Of a stretch of DNA of 48,004 nucleotides, positions 1 through 11,899 are shown in pieces. Within the stretch, counting starts at the first letter, position 1, and every line of letters starts with the position of its first letter. A program made the position numbers and the translations under genes. The notes below the pieces were generated by a model, which worked only from the letters and a program-made list of their open reading frames with translations, had not been told where the DNA came from and searched no databases. This DNA comes from Octopus bimaculoides (taxonomy: Eukaryota): contig NC_068987.1 in assembly GCF_001194135.2 (NCBI RefSeq), positions 42,547,555 through 42,595,558 on the forward strand, in the 5' to 3' direction.

Positions 1-491
1 TGTCCGATGTGCTGCGTCAACACGTGAGCTTGTGCTACAAGCGCCATCTTTCTCCCGCCAGGCAACTGCTGCAATCGAATCCCTACGTCGTCAGAGAATC
101 CACTCACAAACGCCAGCCGCACCGCTCTGTCCAGGCCTTCTCTTGTAAACCCAGCCAGCGTGGCCAGCCTACGCACTTCCGCTGCATACTCATCCACCTG
201 TTCTCCCCCACATCTAACAGTTCCCAGTTTAATAAAGGCAACATAATCGCTCTCCGTATACGCTTCTCTCAATCTCTGCTCGATCTTCTCTGCACTTAAC
301 CTCTCTTCCTCGTCCATTTCTAAATACAGGGTCAAGGTGCTCCCTTCCAAGTATAGCGCCATGAGACTTGCCACATCACTTATCCCTTGCAGTTTCGCCA
401 CAAGCCTGATCTTTCGTATCCAGGCTATTACATCTCCCTCGCTATTAAAAGGCCTGATCACGTCACTGGCAATTCTAATCTTGGCTGCCAT
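1..491 (-). pseudogene. gag N-terminal region of the LTR retrotransposon
   Basis: Minus-strand translation from the ATG at 491-489 reads MAAKIRIASDVIRPFNSEGDV...RKIRLVAKLQGISDVASLMALYLEGSTLTLYLEMDEEE. It aligns with IPLYPDGSALALYLEMEE at ~27710-27780. Confidence 0.75.
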
Positions 492-812
492 CACAGTGAA
501 TTTCTACACGTGGGGCCGAAATAGCTTGTGGTGTATGCATGCGAGTAGATGTAATCACCTTACCTCAGTTTTCCTTCCTCGACTACGAGTCTGTCCTGCG
601 GTATCCGATCCTCGTGGCTGGCCCGACCCGAAGAACACTAGAAATAGCAGCTGCTTCTCCCAAACCTAGACCGTCGCTTGGCACGTCCTCTCCTCACAAC
701 AACCCTGCTCGAAAAGGGCACGAAATCCCGATCAAGGCTCCCTCTGCCCTTCTTCCTCTTCCGATCAACTCGCCCTTCCGGCCAGCTCCCCAGTCGCTGA
801 CGTCATATCACA
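1..812 (-). mobile_element. LTR retrotransposon 5' part (5' LTR 527-812 plus gag), continuing beyond the window start
   Basis: LTR termini TGTGATATG...CATACACCACA on the minus strand. Closely homologous to 21500-22065. The downstream ORF matches the gag at 27200-27857. Confidence 0.85.
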
Positions 813-864
813 TAGAGAAAGTTCAGTGACTGCTACTACTACTGACAAAAAAGATTTTTTCCCT

Positions 865-1000
865 TAGAGTGAAGGACAGACTGTATGATATTTGTGTTAG
901 AACTGCAATGTTGTATGGCAGTGAGACATGGGCTTTGAATGAAGTGGACTTAAGAAGACTGGAAAGAAATGAAGCTAGCAAAGTGAGTATGGAAGATATA
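865..1000 (+). mobile_element. RTE-clade LINE fragment (post-RT region)
   Basis: Reads RVKDRLYD..VRTAMLYGSETWALNE, with the typical RTE YGSETW motif. Confidence 0.65.
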
Positions 1001-1089
1001 ATACAAAAATGCTGAATGAAAAGATGAAGATTATTGAATTCTCTTTTTTTGTGTAAAGAAATTTTAAAATTCTCTGCTAGATCAATTCT

Positions 1090-1395
1090 CTATAAAGTGG
1101 TTGACATTAGGAAGAACATCCAGACATAGAAACCATGACAAAGCAGACAATAGAGATTGATGCAGTCTCTGGTTTACCAGAACCTGTCAAACCAACCAAC
1201 CCGTGCCAGCATGGAAAATGGATGCTAAATGATGATGATGATACAATAGGTTTCTTTCAGTTTTTATCCGTCAAATCCATTCTCAAGGCTTTGGGCAGCC
1301 AGGGACTAATAGTAGGTGACATTTGCTCAGGGTTTTGTACAGTGGAACTGAACCTGAAACCATGTGGTTAGGAAGCAAAGTGTCTTTAAATGGCT
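1090..1395. mobile_element. SINE fragments: RTE-tail-like piece ending in (GAT)n, and a reversed tRNA-derived head
   Basis: Motif aaagtggttgacattaggaag...catccag is shared with 9180-9300 and ~39080. Motif gaactgaacctgaaaccatgtgg is shared with 8330-8350. Confidence 0.5.
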
Positions 1396-2839
1396 ACATT
1401 GACACTTATACTTATTTTATCCATCACATGACTAACTTTTACATTTTGTTTTTCATAAGGGGATCTAACTCAATGCACTTTTTTACACAAACACACGCAC
1501 ACATTTTTAGATATAAATACATACACAAACATTTCAATGTCTATATATATGTGTTGTTAAATGTCCCTTTGTTGTTATATGTCCCTTTGTGTTGTTATTT
1601 GTCCCTTTAATCAAAACAAAAGCAAAACTTAAATATATCAACTGTCTGTCTCACCATTATCATCATCATCATTGTAATAAAGTTTACTTTTCTGTGCTTG
1701 CAAAGGTGAAACAGAACTTATTGAGACAAACATTTTGATGGTCAAATGCACATTCTTCACTTGTTTCCAGGTAAGGTAATATTTCCCTGTGGTCAGACAT
1801 GCTTTCACAGAAGGACACAGCTTGTATAACAGTAACACTTTTCTAGCATGTGAGGTTAAGACAGAAAGACACAAACACACACACACACAGACAGATGCAC
1901 GTGCACACACACATATATGTTTATTAAACTTTTCCTTGTTAATCCGTATATATATATATATAAAAGCCGAGATGTGTGTGTGTATGTGTACGTGAATATA
2001 ATTTATGCACGTCCACAAATTAGCACGCATGTCGCTCCAATTTTAGGAGGACATTCATCATGACCCTATCTGCATTTTCGTCAACTTTTTCTCTCAGAGG
2101 CACCCGCGTATAGCTGTAAAAATCGATAAACTTTTACCAATTTTGAAGTTTGTTGGCATGGCGAAATCAAATCTGTGCGTACGCGAGTGAAGGAGAGAAA
2201 GAAAGAGAGAGAGACAGAGAGAGAGAAAGAAAGAAAGAAAGAAATAGTGTGTTTGTGACAAGGGGAGATACAGNNNNNNNNNNNNNNNNNNNNNNNNNNN
2301 NNNNNNNNNNNNNNNNNNNNNNNNNNNNNNNNNNNNNNNNNNNNNNNNNNNNNNNNNNNNTTCTCTAACCAAGACAGAGTTTGTTTGCCAGCGTCTAACA
2401 AAAGAAAAAAAGAACGAAACAGTGGAAGAGGGAGACAAAGCGTATTACAAAAGAAAATGTAGGTAAGGAAGACAGAGTAAGTGTAAAATGTAAAATGCAT
2501 TTTTTTTTTCTTAAATATGAGATATAGTTTAAAATATAAGATGTTTTTGAAAGACACTATATTCTATAATGAGATTATATATATATATATTTATTTTAAA
2601 TCATTTATTTATTTTAAATCATTTATTTATTTTAAATCGTTCATCTTTCTCCCCCCTCTCACTCTCTCACACACACACATATACTACTTTGGGAGCGAAA
2701 AAGTTTTGTTTATATTTCACAACAGCTATGAAACAAAAAGGTATGTAACAATTTGTCAGTCACCCCCTCCCCAACCCGTTTTTCGGACCACAAAAAGGGT
2801 TTGGTAATTTTTCAGATTAACACTCGCATGATTTCCACT

Positions 2840-2962
2840 AGGGTGTTACAGTTAGGGTTTTAGAGTTAGGGTTAGGGTTTTATGGTTAGGATTAGGGTTA
2901 GTGTTAGGATTAGGATTAGGGTTGGTGTTAGGGTTAGGGTTTAGGGTTATGGTTAGAGTTAA
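2840..2962 (+). repeat. Degenerate interstitial (TTAGGG)n-like tract
   Basis: Run of TTAGGG/TTAGGA/TTAGAG/TTATGG variants, about 18-20 units. Confidence 0.8.
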
Positions 2963-3189
2963 ACTAGAAGGGACAGGCCCCTTATTTTTTGGTTAAGGCT
3001 GTTGGTAAGTTTTCCTAAGTTACTCCAATCCAGATCCCCAATGCAAACCTTCAGATCAACCTTCTCCTATGCAGATCTCTAATGCAACATTTAAAAACAC
3101 AGTCAATGATTGGAAATAACCAATAAATTGATTCCTTATGGGATTTCCCAATCAAATTGTCAGCAAACCATTTTCAGCCAAACCAATTT

Positions 3190-3303
3190 CAACGGACTTT
3201 GGTCAAATCTGATGTCGATGTTACTTATTTTGGTTTGAAATAAAGCACTTGATCACTTAATAATCCTAGCTTAATCCCGGGCAGCGCCGAGCTATACTGC
3301 TAG
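3190..3303 (+). mobile_element. Helitron-like 3' end
   Basis: GC hairpin CCCGG-gcagcg-CCGAG at 3276-3291, followed by CTAG (3300-3303) and T. This is the canonical Helitron 3' signature. Confidence 0.55.
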
Positions 3304-3794
3304 TGTTTAATAAATATGTACTCTACTTATGGTAAAGTAAGCATAAATTTTTACATTCTAATGGTTTTTTTTTTTTCTTGCACCCTTTGAAAATGAGTGT
3401 AGATCAAATTCACATCAGGCACTACATGCTGTATGAATTCAAAAGGGGATTTTCAACAATTGAAGTGGCAAGACATATTCATTCTTTCTATGAAAATGAA
3501 GTTTTAAAATGATGGTTTGGCCAATTTTGCTCAGAAAACTTTTCTCTTCAAGTTTCCTCTCAACCTGAATGACCAAGCTCTGTTTATACTCAGCTTCTAA
3601 AAGTTGTAGTTGAGGAAAATCCAAACTGCAAGAGAATTAACAGAACAGTTCAATTCAAGTCACACTTTGACAATAAAACATCTTCATGGACTAGATAAAG
3701 TGTCTAAGTTTGGTCAGCAGATCCCTCATTATCTGACTGCTTGACTTAACCAAGAGTTGTCATTGTGGAGTATCCTTACTATCATTCAACTACT

Positions 3795-5049
3795 CAATTT
3801 ACTCACATGCAGAATCTTCAGAACTTTGTCGCTAATTCAGTTCTTAACCAAATTGAAAACTGTTAACACTTTTGAAGAGGATTAGTCCCTAGCTACATTT
3901 TCACATAAAAAATTGAGATTTGGTCCAGTAGGAAAAGTTTACATCAAAATTTGTGGCAGCATTGTAGAAGAGTAAGTCACGCCTCCACTCAAGTTTAGAT
4001 CAAAATATTTTTTTTTATTTTAGAAGCAAAATATATTTGTCTCAGCTTCAATGATAAAAGAAAGCATGAAGAATTTCATAGTTTTAGTCCCATGCAACGA
4101 AAATTTGTATCAAAAAAGTTGTGAGGTAAAATATCATGAAAAAATATATAAGTAAGGCAAAAATTGAATTTAAGTATAATTAACTTTTTTATTTTAAAAA
4201 CAAACTATATTTTAATTAAGCTTAAATGATAGAGCTCAATTCGAGGAATTTCATGGTATCAATCTGATGCAATGAAGTTTTAAAAGAAAAAAGTTATGCG
4301 TGTTTGTTTCTAAAATTTGAGGGTGATAATATAGTTCTATACTTTTTTATGAATATAGTTCTAAAGGAACTTTTAATATATGTCACCAGCATCATTGAGG
4401 TAAGGGTTAGGGTTAGGGTTATCATTGACACTGCTGATTTGCAATTAGTTTAATTACATCATCTGTATTAAAAATTAAAATATTATTTAGAAATTTATCA
4501 AATTTATTATTCAGTTTTCAATAGGGTAAAATCTTAAATTATTAATCCACACATTATTAATTAGCATCATAGCATAACCTGGGAAAACATGGATTACATG
4601 GAAAAATGCGAGCAAGAGAAATAATATTCTTAAGATTATAAACCTGGAAAAGTACAGGACAAGTTATTACATCTGGTAAAGTATAGAACAAAAAAATTTT
4701 TACTTAAAATATTGCAGCTAAGGATAAAATTTGAATATTAAAAATTATTTGATTTCAATTTACAAAGTAACATTATAATTAAAAAAAGGTAGCATCATTT
4801 TGTTAAAATATTGACTCACTAGAATACTTAAAAAATGAGCTAAAGTTTTATGCTAAGTAGAATAGTATATATGGTAGACAAATTCATTATGTAAAAAATA
4901 GGCATTGGGTCAAGACTAAAAATGTGAAGACTTGGCAATAACTCAAGCAAATTTTTCTGTGAATTTGTTGTTATAGGTAGATTTTACTGTAATATATAAC
5001 TAATTTTTGTATTATTCTATTTATTGTACTAACTAATTATGTACTACTA
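3795..5049 (+). repeat. AT-rich dispersed repeat, copy 1 (unclassified, probably a non-autonomous DNA element)
   Basis: Colinear with 33086-34269, from caatttactcaca to taattatgtactacta. Confidence 0.85.
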
Positions 5050-5103
5050 CTGTTGTCCAGTGGTTGGAAGTGTCCAAGAAGTGCTCTCACGTGATGATGC
5101 ACC

Positions 5104-5673
5104 TTAGAACGCTGACAAGGGAGACAGGCATGTGACCAAGCAGTAATAGACCAATACATACTCGGCCAGAAAAAGCAGACTGAGATAAGCTTTACTGTGG
5201 TCATAATGTTGGTCTGGAGTACCACTGGCGATTAAAAGGTCAACATATGCAAAGACAAAATCTAACCCACGAATATCCTCATCAATGAACCTTTGGAACG
5301 TGCTGGCCACATTACGAAGTCCAAACAGCATAGACAAGAATTCAAATGCTCCAAAAGGTGTGGTGACAGCTGTCTTTGGAATGTTGTTGGAGTTGACAGA
5401 GACTTGATGGTATGTGCATACCAAGTCAATTTTAGAAAAAATCTTACAGCCATGCAGGGCAGACAAAAAATCCTGAACGTTTTGAAGGAGATAGTGATCT
5501 GCAACAGTGATGGTGTTAAGATGTCTAAAATCTCCAGCCTGTTGGAAATCAGCGTCATTTTTCCTGGCCATGTGTAGAGGTGCTTCCCACAGGCTCGTGG
5601 AGGGACAAATGCAGCCCAGCTGGAGCATCTGCTTGAATGCAGCCCGGGCAATCTGGAGTTTCTCTGGAGACAA
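5104..5673 (-). pseudogene. Gypsy reverse transcriptase fragment
   Basis: ORF track 5104-5673 carries Gypsy RT motifs. The YxDD motif is degraded to YVD-L. Confidence 0.85.
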
Positions 5674-5682
5674 ACGGCGCGG

Positions 5683-6330
5683 TCAGGTAAAAACTGGAGG
5701 TCTCTTGGTCATGATGAAATGTCTCATGGAATGGGCTGGATTCGACAGATGAAATGACAAATCAATCAATTCTGGAAACAAAGCGAGTGACTGTTGGTAG
5801 GAGTTACCCAAAGTGGCCACAAAGAAAGAAAGACTCACAATGGGGACAGAAGAATCCTTTCTAGGGACGGCAAGTGAAGTTGTGTCATCAATGAGTTGGC
5901 ATCCTCTAACGTCCACAATGATAGAATAATGGTGTAAGAAATCTACACCAAGAATGGGATAGGGCAAGTCTGCAATGACAAAGATCCACTTGAAATTTCT
6001 ACTGAGTGACAAATCCAGGATAAGAGAGATTTGTCCGTAGGTCTTGATGGCGGAGTGATTTACTGTGAAGAGAGAGATGTCCGAAAGACCAGGATTGGTG
6101 GACATACACCTTCGAGGCCAAATACTTAAGCAAGCACCCATATCCACCATAAAGGACTTTGAAGAATTGGCATCTCTGATAAAGAATGCACTGTAAGGTG
6201 AATTGATGGAGGAGACAACTGATGTGCTCAGTGTCTCTCTGAAAAGTGTAAGAGCAGGGCTGTGTACATTTCTCGACCTAATCCTTGAACTTCCTGTGAT
6301 ACCAGCAGATTGAGGGAGCCAGAAGAGCAC
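5683..6330 (-). pseudogene. Gypsy gag C-terminus and aspartic protease fragment
   Basis: FMVDMGA (D-T/S-G derived), WIFVIADLPYPILGVDFL. Confidence 0.8.
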
Positions 6331-7670
6331 ATGTGGGCAAGTAGGATTGGCACCTGGTCCTCCCTTTGGAATGATCCTTTGAAGACGAATGGTTCCTGCA
6401 CATGTATGAAACTTGACGGGTCAGTTCTGTGATAGCCTGCAAGATTTGAGAGGATTACATGTCTGGAGTAGAAGAAATACAAGCTCGAGAGGAAGACGAC
6501 GAAGGGAATTGAGGCAAAGGACAAGGACTCATTTTGGACGATAATAGGAAAACGGAACGCCATGAAGAACAAGCTGGTTGAAAGAAATGCTGTTAGAAAT
6601 AGCAGTCAAACACCCTAGTTGAAAGAAGAGACAATGAGCAGTGAACTAGGAAATTTTTTTTTCAAGTAGCAGAAGATGAAAATAAGAGTCCTTGCTAAAT
6701 GGATAAAGAACAAAACATGGCCAACACATGGATAATCCAGGTGGTTGAGAGAAAGAAACTCATACCTGGCATGTAGGAAAAATTTGTTGTATGACGGTGA
6801 ATTATGGAGAAAATTCCAGATAAATTTTTTTCCTTTTTGTACAAGCAAGAAGAAAATTCTGGGATGCTGTGTCTGTAAAGGACCAAGTTGTACATTCGAT
6901 TACAACTCAAGGAAAAATAATTTGCAATTTCCCGCTTGAAAACGGCACCAAAATTTTCTGGTAAAGAAGACAATGTGGTGATGAGAGACATCAGTGGTGT
7001 TCCTATATGACAAGTGGTGATCTGGTTGCGTAGCCAAAGTCGCGAAGGAGAAAAAGGAATACGTATTCACTGGTCTGTATTCGTCTGGTGTTCACCATTT
7101 TAGAAGTATAGTTCTGTTCTGCATCGGGTCACCATTATAGATGGATAGTTGTCCATGTCGGGGTCACCATTATAGATGGGTAGGCTGTTGTTGAGCCACC
7201 TAATGTGACTCACTCAGAAGGCTGTAATCTTGTTTGGTAGTAAACCCGGATGAAGAACATATAAATAAGGTTGTAACTTTAAATACGTTTATTGTGGCCA
7301 CACGTATATACACAACTGAATGATGGACGGAATGGTTGGTGCATAGAGGTCATGGTCTTCTGTGCATTGCACCTATCTGCAAGCTGGCATGTGTTATGAG
7401 AGAGAGCCAGTCAGGTTGCATCTTCACAACTCGCATCCCATTGCCAAAAGAGGAAGAGATGAGTGTCTGAACCTTAATGTTGCGTAACGCCCTCTATATA
7501 TTCAACTTGTTTTACCCACTGTCAGGGGTGGGGGCATCTGTGCCTACATATCTATGAAGAGGGGAGATATTATCTTGATTATATATATATATCAGTTAAG
7601 ACAAAAGAAGTATTTGTTTGTTTCCCATTTCAAAATGTAATAGGACTTTCTCACTAATTTAATATATATA

Positions 7671-8170
7671 CAAAGCACCTTCCAGAAGTTTTGAGACTTT
7701 TTCAGGAGAGACATTTATTAATTTCAAAGAAGTGCAAAACTCTAATCTCCTTCAAAGTAGGACCTTCTGAATTCAATGCATTTGTGGTAGTTCTCCAACC
7801 ACTTCATGAAGGCCCCATAAAAGCCCTCCAAAATAAAGGTGTCCAAGACCCTTGTCACCACTTCTTTCATCTTCTCTTTCAGCTTGGGGAACAACAAAAA
7901 GTTAAGGGGAGCAAGGTCTGAACTGTAGGGAGGGTGAGGGACAGTTTTGATGCCCATCTCTATCAAGAAGTTGGTTACCAGGATGGAATTGTGGGCGAAC
8001 TGGTGCAGTTGCTCTGGCCTTTTGCAATGAATCTCTTTCTGAACTCCCTCAAAAACTCCTCAAAGTACTCTTTCTTGACTATCTGGCCAGAAGGAACCCA
8101 GTGGATGTAGATGATGCCCTTGCTGCTTAAAAAATGGGATCACCACGAGCTTTCCAGTTAGCATGATTTG
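7671..8170 (-). mobile_element. Mariner 3' fragment (transposase C-terminus plus TIR)
   Basis: VPHPPYSSDLAPLNFLLFPKLK...YFEGD. KGIIYIHWVPSGQ upstream. The terminus abuts a TA run. Confidence 0.8.
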
Positions 8171-8179
8171 CTTGGCCTC

Positions 8180-8360
8180 TTGTGCCAGCAAAAAACAGAT
8201 ACCTGGCTCATACAAGTTAATTCAGCTTGGAGGGGCTTCCACACAGTTTCTTCCACCAATTTTCACTTCCAAGACATCAGTCAACATGAGATTATAGCAG
8301 AAGACACCCAAGGCACTGCATGGTGCGATTGAACTCTGAACCATGTGGCTGTAAAGCAAA
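8180..8360 (-). mobile_element. tRNA-derived SINE fragment
   Basis: Shares head and body motifs with 36518-36863. Confidence 0.5.
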
Positions 8361-10601
8361 CATAACTACTAGTACAAAATAACAGAAGCAGTGGGGTTAG
8401 TGATGGTGGTGGTGGAAGTGGTAGCAGAAGTGGTTTGTGGTAGTAGTGATGATGCTGATGGCAATAAGGCAGTATTGGCAGCTCAGCTTATACCTTAGTG
8501 CAGTTATTGATGCCTGCAGTTAGTGATAAGATTTATTAGGAATGTTTATTCATAATAATCCATAATCACTAGCTGATAGTTATTGTTTGTATGTGTGTGT
8601 ATTGTACATTAACAAATCATTTGTAATCTATTTTTAGCTCCCAAAAGAAACCAGTTTTTGTTTATAAAGCATTTTGTGTTGTTTGAAAGAGGGTCTCTCT
8701 GCATAATTGTTTGTGTAGCAGTGTGACAGAGTTGCTTGGACAGAGATAAAAATAGGTAGGAGGGGGTACTCAGTAACAACAGATTACAGATTAATCCAAC
8801 ATAATATAGTATCCTATTTCCTCAAAAAGATGTTTGAAGTATGGCAAAGGAATCTCATGAAAATTGAGGTAATTATCTTTTAGAGGCTTTCATTCAGTAA
8901 GTACATTAGTGTAAACATATTTAATGTAAAGATCATTTCATCATTGTCTTCTTTTCAGCTATTCCCACACTAATATAATGCAGGGTAGCCATGCATCTCC
9001 TCTATAGCAAAACACCTGTGTCTGTCCCTCTATTATACTTTAGCCTCTTAAACCTGGCACAAAGCCACCTGCCTCTTTACTACAACTCTATTCAGTTAAG
9101 AGGACTTTTCTTAGTCTTGCAAGTTGTTTGGTGACCTCACAAATACCAGTGTCATGAAAAATACCATCCAGTGCACTCTGTAAAGTGGTTGATGCTAGGA
9201 AGAGCATCAAAGTATGCCAAAGCAGACATTGAAGCTCAACACAGTCCTTAAACTCATTGGATCCTGTCAAACAATCCAATCCATGCTATCATGGAAGATG
9301 AATGTTAATTGATCGTGAGGATGTCTACAATGGTGATCACTAACAAGTTAACTAGCAATAATTAAGTGATGAGGAAAAGGCTACTCAATAACTGATATCA
9401 TTTAAATTATTCAAAGACTACATTGTTCAATGATTCTTTTTTTAAAACAGCAAGTCTGGTGCCTATATGTGTTTATGCTAAAAACACTGAAGAGTTAAAT
9501 ATTCGATTTATTGAATCAGTGACCCAGTTCCAGTTCCTATTTGTGGTCATTTCATTTACATTGTTAAAGCTTTGAAGAAGCCATGAATATCACATATTCT
9601 CCTTTAACCCTGCCCCATTTTGTGCTTGTACTTGACACCTATTTTTTCTGAATAAATAAAGCAGCAAACTAAAAGAAAAACCTTATAATGCCTATTCTTA
9701 CAGCCCCTAGTATTTATTGTGTGTCTTTTTTTCTGGGAGATACTCTCTTCATAGACATATTATGTTAACAACAGAATATATATTGGAACAATATGAATAT
9801 CATTGCAGCAGTAACTCATGAAAACAGCAGCTGTATTTTGCCCCACTTGAGGCTTGTCACTTGCTAAGCTAAACTTGCAAGTAAACAGTACATTGGAAAC
9901 AGTAAATAATACATTCACTGATATAGCAGAAAGCTTGCCAAGTTGTAAAAAACTCAGTAAATACAATTGAAACAACATTAAGTTAAAATATCCATCTATG
10001 TATCATACTTGGTATAATGTTATGATTTTTGTCTGAGAGAAAATCCCTTCATAGACACAACAGATATATTGTGTTGAAACACAATATATCTGTTGGAGCA
10101 AAGTGAACATCATTCCAGTAATAACTCACGAGAACATCAAATGTACTTTGGCCTTCTTGGACCTTGTCAATGATGTGCCCAGTTATCACATACTTAAAAA
10201 AAATTGTCCCCTCTGATATATAGTGAATAGTGAATAATACATTAACTGATATTATGGAAAGCTTGCTTGCTGGGCCGTAATAAACTCAGTATAGGCAACT
10301 GAAACAGCAGAAAGGGTTTAATGATGGAAAATGAGTGTAACAGGTTGTCTGTACATGCAGAACAAGGAGGAAATATTAAATATTAAATATATGAACAATA
10401 TAACATTTCAAGTCACTTATACCAATTTGAAAAAAAATATAGAAACAAAATTATTTTCATATACTTCCTCTCTTATGTATGTAAAAACAGAAAAACAATG
10501 GATGAACTGTTAAGTAAAATGTTTACACACACACAGATTTGATATCTACATTGTACAAGGTCTGTGATGATACATAGAATATCAATTTCTTTATTTTACT
10601 A

Positions 10602-11236
10602 TTACCTCCGCCAAGGAAGGAGGTTATGTTTTCATTGGCGTTGGTTTGTCCGTCTGTCCGTCTGTGTGCAAAATAACTCAAAAAGTTGTGAACAGTATTT
10701 GATGAAACTTGCAGGAAAAGTTGGTAATGACACAAGGAACAGATGATGAATTTTTAGTAGTGATCCTGGAATTTTTATGGATTCTTGAAGGATTTTTCCT
10801 TTGTTATATTTACTTTACATGAAATATTACAATGTTACGTTCTTTGATTATCTCCCTTGAAAACACGTTCATCGTTTCCATGTAACCTATGGTGACGTTG
10901 CTGTTTCCAAAGTTTATTTTCGTTTCTCTAATAGTAATTTTACTCACGTATCTATCTTAACACTCAAGTTTTAGGTAATTGTTGTTTCTTTTTAGTTGTA
11001 TGGTGAAACTAGCTTGCTGTTGTTGTTGATGTATTATAACTGCTTCAGATGATTCCTGTTTTAAAAAGTTTTTTTTTAAAATCATATGGCTGTGTTTTTT
11101 TTTTTTAACCCCGCCAAGGAGGTTATGTTTTTGCCAGCGTTGGTTTGGGAAATCGGGCAATTTTCAGCATGCGTGTATATGGGTAGATATGAGCTGCTTG
11201 GCAGAGGTCTGTGCTCTCCTAGTGCTTTTCTAGTTT
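10602..11236 (+). mobile_element. Helentron-associated (HINE/DINE-1-like) non-autonomous element
   Basis: 5' subterminal cctccgccaagg (10605-10616) and inverted cttggcagagg (11197-11207), ending in a short stem-loop and ctagttt. A second 5' motif occurs at ~11107. Confidence 0.6.
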
Positions 11237-11899
11237 TTGATAAACTTCTTTGGTTTTTTAAGCACAGACTGATGCCCACCAACAATTTTCTCATATTATA
11301 GATGGTGATAATAAGTGATTATAACTAACTTTATACTATGTGGACATACAATGTAAAACTTGTTACTTCTAACAGATTTCTGCTCACTAGCAGTCCTCTC
11401 ATATGTAGAGAAGCACATCACACTAAGCCAGTAATTAACACCTTAACAAACTGCTGTCCACCAAAACATTTTTCATAGAAAGGTGTTTTGAAAGATACAG
11501 AATGTTGGGCTTTCATTACACAGATGTGTTGAGTTTAGAAATTCTTAGTTTGAACTCTACATCTGGTTTGTCATAACATGCTTCAGTGTACCCCTTTTCT
11601 TCTCATCATCTTTACATACTCTGTATTCTTAAAAGCTCTTATAGTGACTACCACATATGGTAGGGAGGCTGAACACAGATTTTTTTTGTGCAGGTAAGTT
11701 TAAGTATTGGTTTAACAGAGAATTCTTTCTGTGAGGTAAAAATAATAAAAGTTATTCAATCTTTTCCTAAGAATATTTTATTTCATTATTTTAAAATGAA
11801 ATTATTCAATATTTTTCAACAACCAGAGTTCAAATAATAAAAATAAAAATAACGAAATTTAAAAAAAATTTTTAATAGCATGGTATGGAGGAAAGGGCC

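Larger units (their letters stand above)
5050..7548 (-). mobile_element. Decayed Gypsy LTR retrotransposon: 5' LTR ~7171-7548, tRNA-Trp PBS, gag, protease, RT and integrase zinc-finger remnant
   Basis: Protease FMVDMGACLSIWP. RT SKIDLVCTYHQV...TAVTTPFGAFEF..MLFGLRN...FAYVD. Integrase ACLPCQRSKVHHH. Sequence catgtcggggtcacca at 7154-7169 matches the tRNA-Trp 3' end. Confidence 0.9.

Noticed and set aside
527-812. Tf1-type self-priming for the main LTR lineage
   Set aside because: The LTR contains gaaatagc in the same orientation as the PBS-position motif, not as its complement.
1638-2807. Small ORFs over (CA)n/(GA)n/(TA)n tracts, and similar ORFs at 14899-15390 and 36779-37213
   Set aside because: They are low-complexity microsatellite translations without domains.
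2840-2962. A true telomere or chromosome end
   Set aside because: The tract is short, degenerate and internal.
7154-7169. tRNA genes (Trp-, Arg- and Phe-like matches and SINE heads)
   Set aside because: Only 11-16 nt PBS matches or degenerate SINE heads are present, with no cloverleaf.
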